Assembly: GCF_006345805.1 (NCBI RefSeq)
Contig: NC_043026.1
Span: forward strand, 3,224,001 to 3,288,000
DNA length: 64,000 bases
Direction: 5' to 3'
Source of the DNA: Octopus sinensis
Lineage: Eukaryota
The first letter of the stretch is position 1, and every line of letters begins with the position of its first letter. Shown one piece after another: positions 11,517 through 24,947 of this stretch. Under the pieces are notes generated by a model. That model saw only the letters and a list, made by a program, of their open reading frames with translations, ran no database searches and was not told the origin of the DNA. The position numbers and the translations under genes were made by a program.

Positions 11517-11836
11517 TTAAACCAGTCATATCTGGCCCAAATATTCTACATTCAAACTGACCATAATCTAGCCTCTCACATCTAACCTGTATTAGCATTC
11601 TAAAAATATACATTGAAACCTCAAAGCTTATAAGATAACACATGATTAATTCAAACCAATTTGAGTGGAAAAGCATTAGATTCAATCGAGTAACCTGAAC
11701 TCTAAAGAGTTAATGGGGTTTGGTGCGTAGTGAGGGCTGTGATGGACATAGTGTGTACATATACATGAAGTAGACAGGTGTTGGCATGTGTGTATGAAAT
11801 AACACATGTATGTGCATTGGCATATGTATAGGCATA

Positions 11837-12138
11837 TCTATATATATAAAACTGTAGTTGTGTGAGTGTCTGTCCCCTTCGATTTAGATTCCTAACTACT
11901 CCCACATTTTGCGGTGCAGTTTAACCAAATTCGGGTATCGTATAGTCGTGATTCATATCGAGCCCTTCTGGGTATTAGCGTGCGTCTACGATGAGTCTAC
12001 GATTTTAAAAAAAACTTACCATCATTTTTCCGCATTTTGAATGATTTTTGCTCGGTTATATAAGGGAAGTAACTCTCTAAAAATGCTTATATAGTTATTT
12101 CCCTTACAAACCCGAGCAATGCCGGGCGATACTGCTAG
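11837..12138 (+). mobile_element. Non-autonomous Helitron
   Basis: 5' TC after A; subterminal hairpin cccgagcaatgccggg; 3' CTAG before T; no target-site duplication. Confidence 0.85.
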
Positions 12139-12276
12139 TGAAGCTATAAGGTATTACTCAGGCACTCAACTGTGAGTCCACAGCATCTTTTAGCAGAAAC
12201 GGCTGTAAGCCAATGGAGTTCCTTAAATAATCGTTTCTTCCTTTGTCATCTCATTCCCTTATATGTCTTTTTGCAG

Positions 12277-12382
12277 GCTATTTCATTCCCACAGAACCAA
12301 GAACACCAAGAGAATGCTTGGGCAGCAGTCTACCCTATGGTACTCAAGTTGAAGGAGTTTTATGAGTTCTCAATCAGTTTAG
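12277..12382 (+). CDS. CYRI: CYRI exon 3 (AISFPQNQEHQENAWAAVYPMVLKLKEFYEFSISL + 1 nt)
   Basis: tttttgcag acceptor, GTGAGT donor, 106 nt. AW.AV.P.V.KLK.FYEFS motif of FAM49. Confidence 0.95.
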
Positions 12383-13834
12383 GTGAGTTTTTATATTTTG
12401 TGTGTGTGTGTATATTTTTCATGCATATATAGATAGATGCAGGCGTGGCTGTGTGGTAAGAAGCTTGTTTCCCAACCACATGGTTCCGGGTTCAGTCCCA
12501 CTTTTTGTGGCTCCTTGGGAAAGTGTCTTATACTATAGCCCCTGGGCTAACCAAAGCCTTGTGAGTGGATTTGGTAGAGGGAAACTGAAAGAAGCTCATT
12601 TTGTGTATGTGTGTGTGTAGATATATATATAAAGTTAATCCAAACAAGAACACACAAAAAAACACAACAACGCGAGGACGTGGAACAAATATAGTATTAT
12701 TGGACGCTCAGAAGAGAAGGGAAGAAGGAGGATTTAACGTTTCGAGCGGAGCTCTTCGTCGGAAACATAGGAGAAGGAAAGATACAGAGAAGGGAAGACA
12801 GATGAAAAAAAATCGCTAACGGTACACATGAGGTCACATATATATATATATATACACAACTTTTAAAGGAGGGCAAAAGAAAATTATTTCTATGTCTATT
12901 CTATGCATAGAAATAATTTTTTTAGCCCTTATTTATAAGATGTTTATAATTTTAACCTTTAAAGGTATTTTAATATGCTGCCACATTTCTTGATGGAATT
13001 TTTTCTGTAGAGAAAAAAACTTCATTCTATATTAGTAGTATATATATATATATATATATATATATCTATATATATATATATATATATACATATATATACA
13101 TATCTGGTCAGGCTTATTTTGTTTGAGGGAGCCTGCAGCATGCTATTCGTTTGTCAGATTCAGCAGCATTATGAGATTGACCCTTAATACGTCATCCCAC
13201 ATCTTCTTGGGTCTCCCTCTTCCACAACAACTTCCCTACACCCTAAGAAAACTTCCCTTCTTGGAGTCTTGCAAGTTGCATGGTGGACCTCCTCTCTCGT
13301 GCTTGTGTTACATAAAAAGCACCACTGTAAAGTGGTTGGCATTAAGGAAAGGATGCAGCTGGCTGCTGGTGACAGGAAGCATCTTCATCGTCGTTCTAAT
13401 CTCCACTTTTCCAGGTTCAATTTTTGGTTTGATGTTCTTCCTGTTGCTAACCCTTGCCTATTTCCAAGCTAGGAATATTTCTCAGTGACTTGACTTGTTT
13501 TCACTGAAAATTGAAAGGATATATGTACGATGGGCTTCTTTCAGTTTCCATCTACAAATCCTGTGTAAGTGCTGGAGCTAGGAAAGCACGCTCGGTCATT
13601 TACTGGTCAGATTTCTTCGTCAAATCAGTCTTGTTTATTCACATTGTTTTTAATTAATCTTGTAGCTTCAATATTTTGATGATGTGATTGCATATTATTA
13701 GAATGACATTGCAGGGTAAGTGTGAGAGGTTGGATCAGGTCAGTTTTAGCATAAATACTAAAAGATTAGTCTTTTTATATATCTCTCTCTTTTTCACAGA
13801 TGCACACTCATACAAACATACTTCTGCTTTCACA

Positions 13835-13899
<65 letters not shown>

Positions 13900-13965
13900 C
13901 CTCCTATACTTGTACCACCACCACCCACTTCCACTTGTTACCGTTTTGTCGTTCCACTCTTTCAG

Positions 13966-14102
13966 AGAATGTCATACCAACCTTACTTCGAGAATTATGT
14001 TCTTCGAACATGACCTCACGACAACATTTAGAAACCCAACAGGCCCTCTTCAAACAGTTTGCAGAGATCCTGGATTTTGTGCTGAAGTTTGATGATTACA
14101 AG
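13966..14102 (+). CDS. CYRI: CYRI exon 4 (ENVIPTLLRELCSSNMTSRQHLETQQALFKQFAEILDFVLKFDDYK)
   Basis: ctctttcag acceptor, GTTGGT donor, 137 nt, phase-compatible. HLE.QQAL.KQFAEIL.F.L.FD motif. Confidence 0.95.
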
Positions 14103-14859
14103 GTTGGTAACATAGCATTTTATTTAAAATTTCTATTTTGTTTCACTATATTTCTATTTCTTTACTGCCCACAAGGGGCTCAACACAGAGGGGACAGACA
14201 GGGACAGACAAACGGATGAAGTCAATTATATTGACCCCAGTGCGTAACTCGTACTTATTTAATCGACCCCCGAAAAGATGAAAGCCAAAGACGACCTGGG
14301 TGGAATTTGAACTCAGAACGTAGCGGCAGAGGAAATACCTATTTCTTTACTACCCACAAGGGGTTCAACACAGAGGGGACAAACAAGGACAGACAAACGG
14401 ATTAAGTCAATTATATCGACCCCAGTGCGTAATTGGTACTTATTTAATCAACCCCGAAAGGATGAAAGGCTAAGTCGACCTGGGTGGAATTTGAACTCAG
14501 AACCTTATGGCAGATGAAATATGGCTACGCATTTCGCCCGGAATGCTAACATTTCTGCCAGCTCGCTGCCCATTTCACTATATTTCTAAAGTCTACCTGC
14601 CTCCCCATTAATCTGTCCACCTACCATCTATGTTTGTGTTTGTCCCCACTACTATCACTTGACAACCAGTGTTGGTGTGTTTATGTCCCCGTAACTTAGC
14701 AGTCGGGCAAAAGAGACCAATAGAATAAGTACCAGGCTTTAAAAAGCCCAGTCAACTAAACACATCTCAAGATGGTGCCTCAACATAGCTGCAGTCAAAT
14801 GAGTGAAACAGGGGCAAGATAAGAAAGAAACATAAAGGATATTCCTCATTGTGGTTGTG

Positions 14860-15012
14860 GCCAGTGCTGGTGACACGTGAAAGGCACATGTGCCAGTGAC
14901 ACACGAGAGGCACCTGTGCCAGTGACACACGAGAGGCACCAGTGCCAGTGACACACGAGAGGCACCTGTGCCAGTGACACACGAGAGGCACCTGTGCCAG
15001 TAACATGTAAAA
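14860..15012 (+). repeat. 26-bp tandem repeat (gtgccagtgacacacgagaggcacct)n in an RTE 3' UTR copy
   Basis: tgccagt recurs at 14891, 14917, 14943, 14969, 14995. Confidence 0.9.
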
Positions 15013-18000
15013 GGCATCCGTATCAGTAACTCTTGATATACACCCAGTTCACTTTGTAAAGTGGTTGGCATTAGGAAGGGCCACCAGCCATAGAAACCAA
15101 AGGAAAACAGACAGGTGGGGCCTGGTGCAGCTGAACTGGTTTACCTGCTCCCATCAAACCGTCCAACCCATTCCAGCAGGGAAAACAGATGTTAAATGAT
15201 GATTCATCCATTATTATCATCAACATCATCATCATCATTTAACATCCGCTTTCCATGCTGGCATGGGTTGGACGGTTTGACTGACACTGGTAAACTGGAG
15301 AGCTGCACCAGGTTCCAATCTGATTTTGCCTTGGTTTCTACGGCTGGATGCCCTTCCTAATGCCAACCACTCTGAGACCGTAATGGTTGCTTCTTACATG
15401 CCACCAATATGGATGAGAGTAAGGTAGCGAGCTGGCAGAATTGTTAGCGCACTGGACAAAGTGCTTAGCGGTATTTTGCCCGTTGCTACGTTCTGGGTTC
15501 AAATTTCGCCGAGGTCAACTTTGCCTTTCATCCTTTTGGGGTCAATGTAATCGACTTAATACCTATGTCTGTCCTTGTTTGTCCCCTCTGTGTTTAGCCC
15601 CTTGTGGGTAATAAAGAAATAAGTATTTCACCCGTTGCTACGTTCTGAGTTCAAATTTCGCCGAGGTCAACTTTGCCTTTCATCCTTTCAGGGTCGATAA
15701 ATTAAATACCAGTTACGCACTGGGGTCGATCCAAATTTCAGGCCTTGTGCCTATAGTAGAAAGGAATATGGATGTGTGTGTTATCTCAGTCCATATTCCT
15801 GGGTGGGGTAGAAACTTTCATGGGGTCCTAGCAGAAGCAGTCATCACTAGACTTTCTTGCTAGCTTCCCTAGCAGGACCATCTGTGACTGCTAGTCTTGT
15901 TCTCCTGCTTTTTGGCTTCTCTTGGAGGATCCATTTTGCAATTATGTCCCCACTATATTCTAATCACATGTCTGTAGTATTGAAGTTGTGACCTCTCGAT
16001 GGGGTCAAGCAGCTCTTTCCTGTTCCCTGGCTGACCTCTATTTATACAGGGTTAGACACAGAGTGGAAGCAGTTTGTTGTGAAGACTTTGGAATGGTAAT
16101 TGATAATTGCATAGGATGCAGCAATATTTAGAAATGTGTTCTTCAGGACCTGTACATTTGATAACATTAACAGTTTGGCAACATTGTCTGTCTGTGAGTC
16201 TATGTGTATATGTATTCATATGGATGAGGGTAACTGTATAAAGAAATGCTGCTCACTTAGGATGGCATTGAGTGAGGTGATGGAGGCTGATCTCCGGGTC
16301 TGGAACTCTATAGAGGTGATGACAAAGGATGGGGAGAACTGGCAATAGGAACTTGAAAAGACCTTCTGAAATTGGTAAAACTAAGTTCTAGACACTGTGT
16401 ATGTATACACATACATGTATGGGCCTCCAAATTATCTCCTTCTCTACCACCATACGTCTCTCTCTCTCTCTCTCCCTCCCCATTCACTGAACCTTTCAGG
16501 TGAGGTGACAAAGGACCGAGGTATCTGGCGCAGAAGTGTTAAGGCCGTTCCCTGCTGATGAAAAGGGTTGGCCTGCAAGAGTCAGTGCCACGTAAAAGTG
16601 CTCGTGCCAGTGTCACATTAAAACCACTCAACAAACTCTGTAAAAAATGGTTGGCATTAGGAAGGACATCCAGCCATAGAAAGGGCCAAACCAGACTGGA
16701 ACCTGGTGCAGCTCTTCTGCTTGCCAGCTCTGGTCAAACCGTCCAACCCATGCCAGCATGAAAAACAGATGTTAAAAGATGACGATGACAATACACACAG
16801 ACACACACACACAACTGGTCCCTTTGCCCAATTTCCCTATTAAGACACCTCCACTAGATATCTTGATGCTTTGTCATCTCCTTTGAAAGGTTCAGTGAAT
16901 GGAATGGTGGTAGGGGAGGAGAGATAATTTGGTGTATCGATGTATGAGTTCCCCCATCATCTTTGTACCTGCAGCTTCTCCTTCATCTGACTCGTTTTTC
17001 TCAACTGCCCACAACCATTCCACTTGATATCCACCATTAATCCTTTCGCTGTTCTCTCCATCCACATTTTACATTGATCATTCTTTCCCTCTGACCCACC
17101 AAATTATCTCCTTCTCTACCACTGTACGTTTCACTCTCCCCCGTCCCCACACTCTGGCTACCTATACAAACTACACATCATCTCTCTCTCTCTCTCCCTC
17201 ATCCCTTATCCTTCTCTTTCACCACTGTATCTCTATACTAGTATTGCTTTGCCTTTCACTCACATATTTCATTGGTCTCTACCTCTTTATCCACCCCTTG
17301 GTACCTGTTCTCCACTCATTATAGTCACACCCCTCCCGCCAAACCCTCTTGCAACCTCTTTCCCCCCCCTACATTCTTTTATCTTCAGTTCCATCTCGTT
17401 TCGGCTCAGCCTCTACTTTGCCCCTCCAACCATGACATCTCATCACCACTCGGTTTCTCTCTTCCCAGCTCCAACCTGATGGGTCGTCTCCATCCTCTCT
17501 TTTAAGATTTGAGAAAGCATGTTGTTGTTCTTCTTCTACAGCAAGAAACATGATCTGCTCTGGCTCCTTCCCTTATGCTGTAACCCCTCATCATCATCAT
17601 CATCATCATCATCTAGCCTCCGTTTTCCGTGCTTGCATGGGTTGGATGGCTTGACAGGAACTGGTAAGTCCAGGAGCTGCTCCAGGCTCCGATTGTCCGC
17701 TTTGGCTTGGTGTCTATGGATGGATGCTCTCCCTAACGCCAACCACCTTACAGAATGCACTGGGTGCTGAAGTGGAACCATCACCAGTGCTTTCCATGTG
17801 TCACTAGCACCCACACCATGCCTTTCATGTGGCACCTTGGTTTTAGGATCTCCATTCTGTTGTGGTGGGCAAGTATGGCAATGTGCCACATATCTTGGCC
17901 CTCCATCCTCTCCTTTGTCAGGTCCAGCGTTTTGTGATTGGCCTTCAGTACTTCATCCCATGTCTTCTTTGCTTTCCTTGATCATTAGATAGTTAATTAA

Positions 18001-18154
18001 TGTATAATTAGTGCAAGATTCATTACTTTAAATAAACTACTTGATCCAGAACTAAAATCGAAATGTCAAATCAGTTGATGTCTGTGTGTCTGTGCATGGA
18101 CACTTCAGCCATACAACGACTGATGCTTATAAATATATTTCTCTATATTTACAG

Positions 18155-18229
18155 ATGACCACTCCAGCTATTCAGAATGACTTCAGCTATTACAGAAGAA
18201 CAGTTAGTCGTCAGAGGATGACGAATGAG
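18155..18229 (+). CDS. CYRI: CYRI exon 5 (MTTPAIQNDFSYYRRTVSRQRMTNE)
   Basis: tttacag acceptor, GTGAGA donor, 75 nt, phase 0-0. PAIQNDFSYYRRT signature; cumulative codon count places P at 150 and RR at 160-161, as in human CYRI-B. Confidence 0.96.
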
Positions 18230-18409
18230 GTGAGATTTTTGCAGGGGTCGCAATTGCGGTTAGATATTGACTTAATGTCTGGTTCTTACGTATATGATGT
18301 GTGCTGTTAGATCTGCAAGTCTTTCACGACCTCTACATTAGATATTTGTAATTACAGAACATGGTCAGCTTCTGTTCGTTAGTTAGTTAGTAAATTTTTT
18401 GGCTCAAAA

Positions 18410-18740
18410 AGCAAAAAGCAAGGCCATGTAGGGAGACATGGCGTTATGTACAGGGTGGTGTTCATATAAAGAGTTCAGGCCACTTGCGGTCAAGGGAGAC
18501 TTTGAACTGAGCGGTTGTTGGCATCTTCACCATCTCGTCCGGCAGCTTATTCCACGGATCCGCAACCCGGACGGAGAAAGCCCCTCTCCTTCGATTGAGA
18601 TGAAATCGTCGCAAATAGAGCTTTTCGGAATGACCCCGCAGCCGACGCTCTGGAGCAGGAGTGAAGAACAGCTCTTTCGAGAGGTTACACTTTCCGCTTA
18701 TGATGTTGTGAGCAAGAATGAGATGCTGTGGAGGTTGTCA
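18410..18740 (-). mobile_element. CR1-like LINE 3' fragment (duplicate near 51130-51460)
   Basis: Minus frame ...ERRLRGHSEKL...FSVRVADPWNKLPDEMV...FKVSLDRKWPEL, a typical CR1 ORF2 C-terminus. Confidence 0.8.
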
Positions 18741-19989
18741 ATTAGCAGTCAGCTCAACCCACAAGTAGTGAGATCCCTAGCTGGCAACTGGAGGGCAAGG
18801 CTGTCCTTTCAACCCGCTGCTGCGGGTGCCACCATACAATGGACTCTGATGATGATATTATTCCATACTTTCCAATCCATGGCCCTGGTCTTTGCATTCT
18901 TCAGGTCAACGTGACTTTAGGACTTCCAAGCCTTCCTCGAATTGTTGACCATATTTCTTCTTCTTTGGTGCCCTGTGCTGGATTCTCCAGTTGTGTGGGT
19001 TGCTGCCACCACAAAGGTTGCTTCCAGTGCTCATCCTGCCAGTCTTGGTCTCCAATGGTTGTCCTTGGATGTTGTTGTTTGAGATTTGGTCATGTAGGGA
19101 GATACCAAGGATCTGAGGAAGACACTGCATTTGGAACAAGCTTGTTCAGGTTCTGTTTGAGGATGTTCCAGGTATCAGTACTGCAGGGAACGGGCAAAAC
19201 CAGTCAGTGAGGGGGAAAAAAAAGATTTTGATCCTTAGGGAAACGTTGGGCTTCTTCCACACACTTCATTGATGTAGATGCATATTCTTTTACATGTTTC
19301 AGTCATTTGACTGTGGCCATGCTGGAGCCCTGCCTTTAAGGGTTTTTTTAGTTGAAGAAATTGACCCTAGAACTTATTTTTTGTAAGCCTATTCTGTAAG
19401 CCTATTTTGTAAGCTTATTCTGTCGTCCCTTTTGCTAAGTTACAGTGACAGAAACACACCAACATCAATTGTCAAGCAATGGTGGTGGTGGTGGTGGTGG
19501 AACAAAGAAAGACACACACACATATATATATGATGGGCTTCTTTCAGTTTCCATCTACCAAATCCACTCAGAAGGCTTTGGTCAGTCTGAGGCTATAGTA
19601 GAAGACACTTTCCCAGGGTGCCACGCAGCGGGACTGAACCCGGAACCATGTGATAGGGAAGCAAGTGTTTTACCATACAGCTACACCTGTATGTGTATGT
19701 ATTTTATTGTGGCCTCGTTTCAACGGGAGGTGAGATTGTTATAAATGAGTGTCACCCTCCTACAAGCATTATCCTTCATTTCCATTCTTCCTTGGAAAAT
19801 ATATCTGGCTGTGGGCAAATATTACCTTACTCTGAAACTGGTGAGGAATGCTAAGACCACGAATACTCTCCAACCCATGCAAGCAAGGAAGAGTGAACTG
19901 TAAAATGATGCTGATGATGAAGATGTCTCTCTCTCTCTATAATTGTTAAAGAGGACAACAAACATTTAGGCAACACAAACATCTCAAGT

Positions 19990-20909
19990 TCTCCTTGCAC
20001 CTAAGGACTCATGCTCTTCTTTCTCCTTGCACCTAAGGACTCATGCTCTTCTTTCTCTTTGCACCTAAGGACTCATGCTCTTCTAGGACAGCATTCTACA
20101 CCATATGAGATGTCATCGGGTGTACCACAGGGATCTGTCCTTGGTCTCCTCTTGTTTGTGGCATACTCATGCTCTTCTTTCTCCTTGCACCTAAGGACTC
20201 ATGCTCTTCTTTCTCCTTGCACCTAAGGACTCATACTCTTCTTTCTCCTTGCACCTAAGGACTCATGCTCTTCTTTCTCCTTGCACCTAAGGACTCATGC
20301 TCTTCTTTCTCCTTGCACCTAAGGACTCATGCTCTCTTTCTCCTTGCACCTAAGGACTCATGCTCTTCTTTCTCCTTGCACCTAAGGACTCACGCTCTTC
20401 TTTCTCTTTGCACTAAGGACTCATGCTCTTCTTCTCTTGCACCTAAGGACTCATGCTCTTCTTTTCCTTGCACCTAAGGACCATGCTCTTCTTTCTTTGC
20501 ACCTAAGGACTCATGCTCTTCTTTCTCTTGCACCTAAGGACTCATGCTCTTCTTTCTCCTTGCACCTAAGGACTCATGCTCTTCTTTCTCTCCTTGCACC
20601 TAAGGACCCATGCTCTTCTTTCTCCTTGCACCTAAGGACTCATGCTCTTCTTCTCCTTGCACCTAAGGACTCATGCTCTTCTTTCTCCTTGCACCTAAGG
20701 ACTCATGCTCTTTTTCTCCTTGCACCTAAGGACTCATGCTCTTCTTTCTCCTTGCACCTAAGGACTCATGCTCTTCTTTCTCCTTGCACCTAAGGACTCA
20801 TGCTCTTCTTTCTCCTTGCACCTAAGGACTCATGCTCTTCTTTCTCCTTGCACCTAAGGACTCATGCTCTTCTTTCTCCTTGCACCTAAGGACTCATGCT
20901 CTTCTTTCT
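19990..20909. repeat. 32-bp minisatellite (CTCCTTGCACCTAAGGACTCATGCTCTTCTTT), about 26 units (duplicate 52713-53633)
   Basis: Period 32 (19991, 20023); interrupted by an 80-bp RT fragment at 20085-20164. Confidence 0.95.
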
Positions 20910-21767
20910 ATGAACTTTTATGTTTCATTTTTCCTTTTTTTTCCTTCTTTTTTCCTTCATTTTCCTTCTTTGTTTTTCATTTTCCTTCTTTTTTTTCCTT
21001 CGTTTTTCCTTCATTTTTTCTTCATTTTTTTCCTTCATTTTTCCTTCATTTTTCCTTCCTTTCCATTTCCTTATTCTTTTACTCCCTTCCTCTTTGTTGT
21101 CATCTCATTAATATATACCATTCTAATTTTCCCTATCTCTCTCTGATGATAGAACATCCCATACTCGGGGATATCCCAGAAACAGCTTTGACCCTAGGAC
21201 TTATTTTTTGTAATTTTTCCCAATAATAATAATATTTTATATGACTTGAGATGCTTGCCTTAATGTCTGTTGTCCTCTTTAACAATTTTATATCCACTGC
21301 ATCATAAACCTGCAATGACTCCATAACTATCGTCTCAGCTATAACCTTGGAATAGTCCGTCACAGCACTTACCTAGCTTACCTAATCGTTTAGATCACCT
21401 GTAACCCAAACCCCCACACTTTGTATGTATGTATGTGTGTATATATATAGGTGCAGGCGTGCTGTGTGGTAAGAAGCTTGCTTCCCAACCTCATGGGTCT
21501 GGGTTCAATCCCACTGTATGGCATCTTGGGCAAGTGTCTTCTACTATAGTCTCGGGCCAAGCAAAGCTTTGTAAGTGAATTTGGTAGACAGAAAATGATA
21601 GAAGCCTGTTGTATACATGTTTGTCCTCCTCACCATTGCTTGACAACTGATGTTGGTGTGTTTACATACCTATAACTTAGCTGTTTGGCAAAAGAAATCA
21701 ATAAATTAAGTACTCGGCTTACAAAGAATAAGTCTTGAGGTTGATTTGTTTGACAAAAAACCCTTAA

Positions 21768-21986
21768 CCCTTTAGCATTCAGATTATTCTGTCAAATGTA
21801 AAGCTTATATATTCACACCATGTAAAATGAATCTTGCATCATTTCATGGCTTTGAGATTTCAATGATGTGATTGTTTCTTTTTAAAATGACACAATTAGG
21901 TGGCTATGAATGACCATATCTGACTGGTTTGAACATAAAAGAGGGAGCATATTTTGGCCGGATATGGCCAGTTTAAACACTAAGGG
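21768..21986. mobile_element. piggyBac-type MITE nested in a family A SINE (duplicate at 54480-54698)
   Basis: TTAA duplicated at 21764-21767 and 21987-21990; the SINE sequence resumes on both sides. Confidence 0.85.
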
Positions 21987-22080
21987 TTAAAGTGGTGCTC
22001 CAGCATGGCTGCAGTCAAATGACTGAAGCAAGTGAAAGAAAGGAGAAAAGAATAAAAGAAGATGTATTTCTACTTGGCAG

Positions 22081-22203
22081 GATGGTGAGGCTGGTGAAAC
22101 TGAAGTGTCTAATGAAACGGCTAATCGGATGTCACTATTTTACGCCCACGCCACACCAATGTTAAAGATGTTAAGTGACACTACAACCAAGTTTGTGACG
22201 CAG
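22081..22203 (+). CDS. CYRI: CYRI exon 6 ([41 protein letters not shown])
   Basis: ttggcag acceptor, GTAAGA donor, 123 nt, phase 0-0. [23 protein letters not shown] motif. Confidence 0.96.
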
Positions 22204-22814
22204 GTAAGACACCCAACACACAGACATTCCTCCTACAGCAGCAGTTCTTTTGTTCCATTTTTAAGGATGGGTAACCATGGGGGGAGAGGCAATCTTCAAC
22301 TGTTTTCACATTCTGTCTTTGAATTCTACTTCATTCTCTCTTTTTTGTATATAATTTATTAGTTGGGTGGTGGATATTTTGTGCCTATTTTCATTTTTTC
22401 AGTTTAAAATTTCACCTTGATTTCGTCCACACGCAAACACATATTCACAGACGCACACTTTGCAGCTTTACCCAATGCAGTGTTGAGCACTTGTTCTTAT
22501 TGCTCGATATAAGCACGTGTATGTATGTATGTATGTATACACATACTCACACAAACACATGTTTATGAGTGTTAAACAAGAATATTATTGATAGTGACTT
22601 TGAAGTTTTGGCCAGTTAACCCTTTAGCATTCAGATTACTCAGTCAGATGTAATTCTCATTTAATCACATTGTTTTCAATTAATCATGCTTTATCTTGTA
22701 GCTTTGAGATTTTCATGATGTGATTCTTTATTTCCAAAATGACATTGTAGGGTAGGTGTGAGAGGTTGCTTCTGGCTGGTTTCAACATAAAACCTGTAGA
22801 ATATTTTGATCAGA

Positions 22815-22879
<65 letters not shown>

Positions 22880-23034
22880 CAAGATAAGGGCAGAAGAAAT
22901 TGGACCAATACGGTAATAACAAATTTTTTAGAGATTTCTATCGGTTTGTTTCGAGACGCATAAATTTAATGGTTATCGACAATTTTTTGTTTCGGCGTAT
23001 CTGGCATTAGAATTTTTCTTCTGCCCTTATCTTG
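22880..23034. mobile_element. 155-bp MITE with 20-bp TIRs and TA flanks (duplicate 55593-55747)
   Basis: ta-CAAGATAAGGGCAGAAGAAA...TTTCTTCTGCCCTTATCTTG-ta; TA target suggests Tc1/mariner mobilisation. Confidence 0.75.
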
Positions 23035-24947
23035 TAAATTATGTATAAATTTTACCTTTAAAGGCATTTTTTGATATGCTGGCCATTGATAAAATTTTTT
23101 TCCCGAAAAAAGTTTTATCCTATATCAATTATATATATCATCATCATCATCATCATCGTTTAACGTCCGCTTTCCATGCTAGCATGGGTTGGACGGTTCA
23201 ACTGGGGTCTGGCAAGCCCGAAGGCTACACCAGGCCAGTCAGATCTGGCAGTGTTTCTACAGCTGGATGCCCTTCCTGTGTGTGTATATATATACACACA
23301 CACACACACACATACACACACACATATATGTGGAATAAATGTATAATGCACAAAACTCAGAGTAGAGACTGAATGAATCACCAGATTTGCACAGATTTAT
23401 AAACTTTACTTAATGTAGTGAGTATTATTTTTCATGGCTCGAAGAGTTAGGTACAATCCATGCATTCACCTCATGTAGGAACCTGGCAAGCAAAGTATTG
23501 CAATAACCAAACAAAGGTCAGTTATATTTAAGTTAAGGATAAAAAAGGAGCACTTGGCAAATCCAAAGAATGATCTAGCATATCAAGAAGGGTCACAGAG
23601 CGAATAATAATTAACTTGACTGAAGAAGTGAATGAACATTAACGCTGTCACCTATGTTGCATATATTGCATAATAAGCATGGTTTATTTATAGAAACGTT
23701 TGTAACATCAATTTGGCTCCTTTTTACCTCAAATTAATTAATGTATCTAGGTATATGAATATGAGAGAAGGTAAATGGAATACATGAGATTCTTTATTAT
23801 TCAATGCACCAGAACTGTTTGCATAGCATCTCACCTGTGAGGCACCAGTGGAGGATGGGTCAAAGCAGTTGTAGTGAATAATAAAAATCTCATGAATTCT
23901 TTGTCATATTTTATAAATTCCACAGACACAAAGGAACTCCTGAAGTAAGTCCAGTGGCATATACCTCCATATTCTTGTTGACATCAGGTAGCCAAATACT
24001 GTGAATGGGCTTTAAACAGCATACTGCAGGGTGAATACCCAAACATAAAACCATTACCATGTATATATATATATATATAGGCGCAGGAGTGGCTGTGTGG
24101 TAAGTAGCTTGCTAACCAACCACATGGTTCCGGGTTCAGTCCCACTGCGTGGCATCTTGGGCAGGTGTCTTCTGCTATAGCCCCGGGCCGACCAATGCCT
24201 TGTGAGTGGATTTGGTAGACGGAAACTGAAAGAAGCCACGCCTATATATATATATGTGATAGTCTCTGCTCCCATCAATTTCGACATGAGTGTTTGAAGG
24301 AGAAGATTTAAAGAAAAAAGAAAAGAAAGAAGGAAAAAATCTGCAAGTAATTGGATGCCTGACTGTAATTTGAGTTGAGGAATGGATTTTACTATGAAAC
24401 CACAATGGAGACACTGAAGAATTTGATTTTGCCTGGGATTGGGTTTTTCTGGTGATTGCAGGATAGAATTCTTTTATTGTTCTTTTTCCTCAACTCAAAT
24501 TGTTTTGATGCATCGTGACACATTTTACACCATGCAAATTGGTCTGGGCAATAGAGTTTCCTAAGATGTCAAGTTGAGCTGTAGAAATTTTAGTAATTGC
24601 TTCAACTTATCCTTATACCTAAGGGCAAGTCTACCTTAACTGCAATATCCCTCCACTTGTTGACCATACAAAAGAAATTTTGGAATGCGGTCAATTTGCA
24701 TTCAAACCACATATATATATATTTATAAGATCTCACATTTAAAATGTTGTACTTCAAAACCACAAAAGTACTCAGATACAATCGTGTTGGAAGTGTGTAC
24801 TCTGATGTCTGTTTATAATATGTAACCTAAATTTATGTTATTCAGTTTACTTAACCATACTTAGTGTTAAACCCAAATTAATTACTAACGAAAATAATTG
24901 CGATGAAGAAATAAGTAATTAAGGAGAGTCAGTAAAATTATTAGTAA

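Noticed and set aside
18438-19210. 158-aa and 123-aa plus-strand ORFs just after exon 5
   Set aside because: They are antisense readings of CR1- and RTE-like LINE fragments on the minus strand, not CYRI exons.
19990-20909. 32-bp direct repeats with one unique 80-bp insert, superficially CRISPR-like
   Set aside because: Units are contiguous without spacers, there are no cas genes, and the context is eukaryotic. It is a minisatellite.
23926-23944. Possible 19-nt micro-exon (cacag ACACAAAGGAACTCCTGAA gtaagt) in intron 6
   Set aside because: In phase 0 after exon 6 it reads TQRNS-stop and has no CYRI homology. Such splice-like motifs arise by chance; only RNA-seq could rescue it as a poison exon.
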